Position numbers and translations under genes: made by a program. The notes under the pieces were generated by a model. It was not told the DNA's origin and searched no databases. It worked only from the letters and a program-made list of their open reading frames with translations. From Eledone cirrhosa (taxonomy: Eukaryota), in the NCBI GenBank assembly GCA_964016885.1, contig OZ024747.1:73780001-73844000 (forward strand): a DNA stretch of 64,000 bases. Reading direction: 5' to 3'. Positions 58,647-64,000 of this stretch are shown here, piece after piece (positions within the stretch are counted from its first letter, which is position 1; each line of letters starts with the position of its first letter).

Positions 58647-61512
58647 ATATATATACACAGACACACGCATACACATATATATATGTTGCGATTTTAATGA
58701 TAAAACGAAACACCGAAATATGAATAAATGCATTTGTCGATCGCCGAAACAAAGAATAATATTATCTGATGTATATTTTCTGAAATAATATTATCTGATG
58801 TATATTTTCACTGACCCTGTCTTTATAGCTAGATCAATATTTCCTGAAACATTACCAATATGAATATCGTAATAATAATATTGTAAGATGACGCTCTTGT
58901 GCACATGTTGCAGCAAACATCTGAAATATTATTAATATTAAACATTTTAATCGTATATTTAAAAGTGGTTCTTCCTGTGTGTGCAATTGCTTTTCTCATT
59001 AAATATTCCATGCCTTTCTTTTAAATTCGATGATGTTTTGTCTGAAACTATTTATTCATAATCCTGTTTTTCAAATCTAAATCAGTTTGACAGTGAGAAC
59101 CCTTAATTTAATATTCCACCCACTTCAATATTCTTTCAGAATATCCGATCAAACAGTTTTAAGATACCATTATTCTCAGAAACTATAAAATTATTTGGTA
59201 TATTTTTGGACAGGCCAAACCTTATAAACGGAATAATTCGGGCTGCGAGTTTTGACTATCTGAAAAAGATGAATGTCCTGTTCCATAAACATATATATTG
59301 CAAAAAGGTTCTGAAGTAATATTTTCCGGCCGATATTAATCAAAATATTTGCTGAGTTATTTTAAACTGCGTTACGGTTTAACCTAACAAAATTCATTGC
59401 GTAAGAGTATATAATAAATCAAACAACTCTGTTGTCCTCCTGATACATGTATCAACATCAGTTGGAACCTTTCGTTGAACTATTCCAATTGTTCAGCTGC
59501 AACCTTTGATCTAGGCTGCATAATACAAACTCATGGTTTTCTATTGTTAATATCTATATTGAACGATTTTTATACAATTTTTATTTTTATCATTTTGTTA
59601 TCTTCACTATCATTGCCTGGAAATCGATAAAACGTGAAACGTTGTCAAAATTGTGAAGTATCAGCCTTAAGAAAATATCGTTGAATTAATCTATTTTAAT
59701 ATTGTCCTCTATTTTACAACTTTTCATTGTATTACACTGTTCTCTAGTTTTTTCCTATATATTTATTGAACATATGTATGTGTATATCAATGTATATAAA
59801 TATGTATGTATACATGTATGTATATATGAAAGTATGTATGTATGTATGTATGTATGTATGTATGTATGTATGTATGTATGTATGTATGTATCTATGTACT
59901 CATCCAAGTAAATATGTAATTATCGATGTGTTCATCAGAATCGAAATATATGCATCTCTGCGTAAGACATCAGATCTTCCTATATATAGAAAGAGTTGCA
60001 TCAATGCGTACAAAAGGTGTTAAAAGTAGGCGACATTAAAGATTGGGGCTGACCAAATAATATGGTGAAGCTGGCATATAAGGTGTGGGTGGATATCAAG
60101 GCAAAAGGGGAGTCAAATAAAATGAACTAATGTAGCATAAAGTATATTACAATGGAAGAAGATAAAATGAAAGTCATTAGTTCAGAGAGAAAACAATGAG
60201 GAATAAAAATATGAGATAAAAACCGTGATAAGAAATATGTTCTGTTGGCGACATGATAGTGTTGGCGTCCCTAAGGTATTTAACAGATATTTATACTTTG
60301 AGGAAAGGGTCAGTGTAGTGTGACTATAGATGTTAGGGGGCGTGTGTATACTCCTAGCAGAATTTGTGTACGGTGTTCAGTGGGCTCTGTTTGGGTTTTA
60401 AAATATTGACAACTACCACCACCACTAGGATGATGACAAACGTAACAACAACAAACACCACCGCCCAAAACAACAACCCCAACGACAGCAGCATTGCTAC
60501 CCACAAGGGTATCCTCTTACGGTAGTACAGCTTGTTTTTAGCATGTGTTAGCGTGGGTACTTAGTTCTTAAATAAAATCTGTATTTCATATAACATTTGT
60601 ATATGTTTATGATGGATATTAATGGTTAACTCGGAAGGTATTTAGCTGGAGAACAAATGGTGGCGTTCAGGTTTACAGCCGATGATCTCGGATTTCCGTT
60701 TAAACTGATGCTATTTCAGTTTAATTATTTCCGTCCACTCGACTAAACAATTGTGACAGACAACGATAACACATTTTGTATATGAGTGTGTAGCTTTCTA
60801 TTGTTTTGTGTGCATTAGTGTGTGTATGTGTGTGGGATGGTGGGATGTGTGGGGGGGGGGGGGTATGCGGGTGTGTTTGTGTGTGTGTGTGTGTGTCTGT
60901 GTGATAGGGAATGGGTTTACATAACTTGCATAAATATAAATTGGTTGTCGTTGGAAGTCTTACTATAGTAAATTCTGATTGTTAGGGATCAAATCATTTA
61001 TTCGTTTTGATTAACCTGTAGCAGGAAACCTATTATTCCATCCGATTGGTTGAGGCCATTCTGTGGCAGCACCATTATATCATATCAGTAATGCAAATAT
61101 ATTAGAATATAAATACTACTCGGATTAATATTTTTATCTTGTCTAGACGCTAAATAAACATCTTTTTGAGCGTGAGTCCAATGTTTACCCTATAGGTAAA
61201 TCCAGGACTCTTTGGATGTTAGCATACTCAGTTGACTGACGAGTAACGAAAACGGCAACTCATCACCATCATCATCGTCATCATAAACCTCCAGTACCAC
61301 CATCAACATCATCATCGTCATAATAATCCTCCAATACCACCATCAACATCATCATCGTCATCATAAGCCACCAGCAACACCATCACCATCATCATCGTCG
61401 TCATAAACCTCCAGTATCACCATCATCACCATCAACAACACCAAGTTAACATCACCACCATCATCATCATCATCATCGTCATCACCATCATCATCATCAT
61501 CGTCATCACCAC

Positions 61513-61550
<38 letters not shown>

Positions 61551-62487
61551 TCATTTTTCCTTCTCATTACCATCGTCTTTGTCATCATCATCTCATGCAC
61601 CACCAGCACCACAAACAACATCACCATCATCACCATCATCACCACCATAATCACCAGCAACACCATCAACATCATCACAACCATCATCTATTCTACTGCT
61701 ATAACAATCATGAGACCAAATCTCATACATCATTTCCTCGACAACAAAGATCATCGATATATGATGGCATTTTCACGATAATACATTGATAATGATCTTC
61801 CTAATCAGCCAGATAACCCACACCACCCAAACTATCTCCAATACCACCCACAACACCACCACCACCACCACCACCACCGCCATTAAACCACAACACCAAC
61901 CAGACCCTCCTCTACAACAACTAGACTCATCACCAATGGCATCAGTGCTATCGTCACCTTATCAAGCATGACCCCCACCAAACAAGACTATTTCTAAATA
62001 TAATACCACCACCAGCAACACCATCACTAGCCTCCCCACCACAATCACCACCACCACATCACTATCGTTACCATCGTAAAACATCAAAACTCCCTATAGA
62101 ACTACCACAAAAGACATTCAGTTCAACCACCAACACCATCAACATCAACATTGTAACGACCAATATCGACAGTACAACCACCAACAACATCAACATCAAC
62201 ATTGTACCGAACATTATCGATACTACAATCAACAACAGACCTTCCACGTGAAAATCAGCTAACAAATCTTTGTAGTATTGACAAAAATATATATGATGAC
62301 AATTTAGTCTGGGTCATTATCACATTTACAGAGGTGAATAACCATTTAACCGGCGCATAATAATTTCACAGAAACGCACGCGCACACACACACAGACTCA
62401 TACACACATTCTCACACACATACACAGAGGTATATACATCTGAAAATATTTGATTTGTCAGGTAAGCTATTCTGCTTGTTAGTTCTC

Positions 62488-62604
62488 CTGAGTTCAAATC
62501 CCGCCGAGGTTAACTTTGCCTTTCATCCTTCCGGGGTCGATAAAATAAAGTACCAGTAATGCACTGGGTAATTGCTGGCCTTGTGCCAAACGTAGAAACA
62601 ATTA
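62488..62604 (+). mobile_element. 5'-truncated SINE copy
   Basis: B box through tail, collinear with the consensus. Confidence 0.85.
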
Positions 62605-63230
62605 TCTATATATGTAGCTGCACATCTTAACCTTCACTGTGTGAAAAATGAGAGAAAAAAATGTTAAATTAATGAATTTTCTCTTTTATCTCTAGACGCA
62701 AAACAATTTGAATAAGTTTGAATATTTCGTATATCAGCATTAGAATTCAGTTACACAGTCGAGTCGACAGATACACTGGTGTATATAATAAACCGAGAAG
62801 CAGATAGAACTCAAATTATTTATCTAATTCATTAAATCCGTATAACTACGAGATAGGACACATTTGTCTAATTTCAATGACGATCCAAACGCTGACGAAT
62901 ATATTTATACAAGTATTCTAGAACCTTACAATAAATAGGAATATAGGATAAATGTACCAGCGTGTGCTATTAGAGAACATGCACTTTAGAGGTTCCTTGT
63001 TTAAATATAGTCACCATGGTCAATCAATACCCACACACATTTATATACATTTTAGACATATATATAGAATATTCAATTTGTGTATTCATCGTCTCACCAA
63101 GATCTTCATATATCTATCGCTCTACACTTGTACCTCAATATTTGTCTATATGTGCGTACATGTATATATACGTGTATATATATATATATATATATATATG
63201 GGTGTGTGCGCGCACGCGTTTGGTGGTATA

Positions 63231-63311
<81 letters not shown>

Positions 63312-63316
63312 ATAAT

Positions 63317-63756
<440 letters not shown>

Positions 63757-64000
63757 TAATATATTACTGTTCATAATGATACCTTCTGCTCTTTTCCTTC
63801 CTAATACATTGTATTGTTGTTCATAGTGCTGCAATTGTTTAAATGTTTAACAAGATGCATCTTGTCTCACAGATAATATGTGCGCCAGATGTTTATTCTT
63901 ATCAGTAAATTACGAAATGGTAATTAATAGGCAGTTGATGTCATCTTTCTTTTGTATTGCAGATTAAAGAGATTACTACTGAACTGGAACTATGTTATAA

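Overview
AT-rich eukaryotic DNA, dense in microsatellites and almost wholly transposon-derived. The SINE family and repeat landscape suggest an octopod cephalopod (inference). I found no host protein-coding gene; most ORFs in the track are microsatellite read-throughs. Recognisable elements: a near full-length decayed R4/Dong-type RLE retrotransposon in a (CATA)n tract, at least 8 copies of a tRNA-derived SINE, an internally deleted mariner, a non-autonomous Helitron, a hAT-like MITE and RTE-like relics. The main signal is a dense set of Penelope-like element (PLE) 3' ends from several sequence families, nearly all embedded in (TA)n. Many form head-to-head fold-back palindromes. Together they carry about 14 type I hammerhead ribozyme (HHR) motifs that I could fold by eye, including U3:A8, A4 and extra-nucleotide core variants. 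Also seen: a candidate HDV-like ribozyme, a short 3' motif shared by the SINE and the Dong element, and (TA)n-centred inverted duplications. All folds and coordinates were read by eye and may be off by a few nt.
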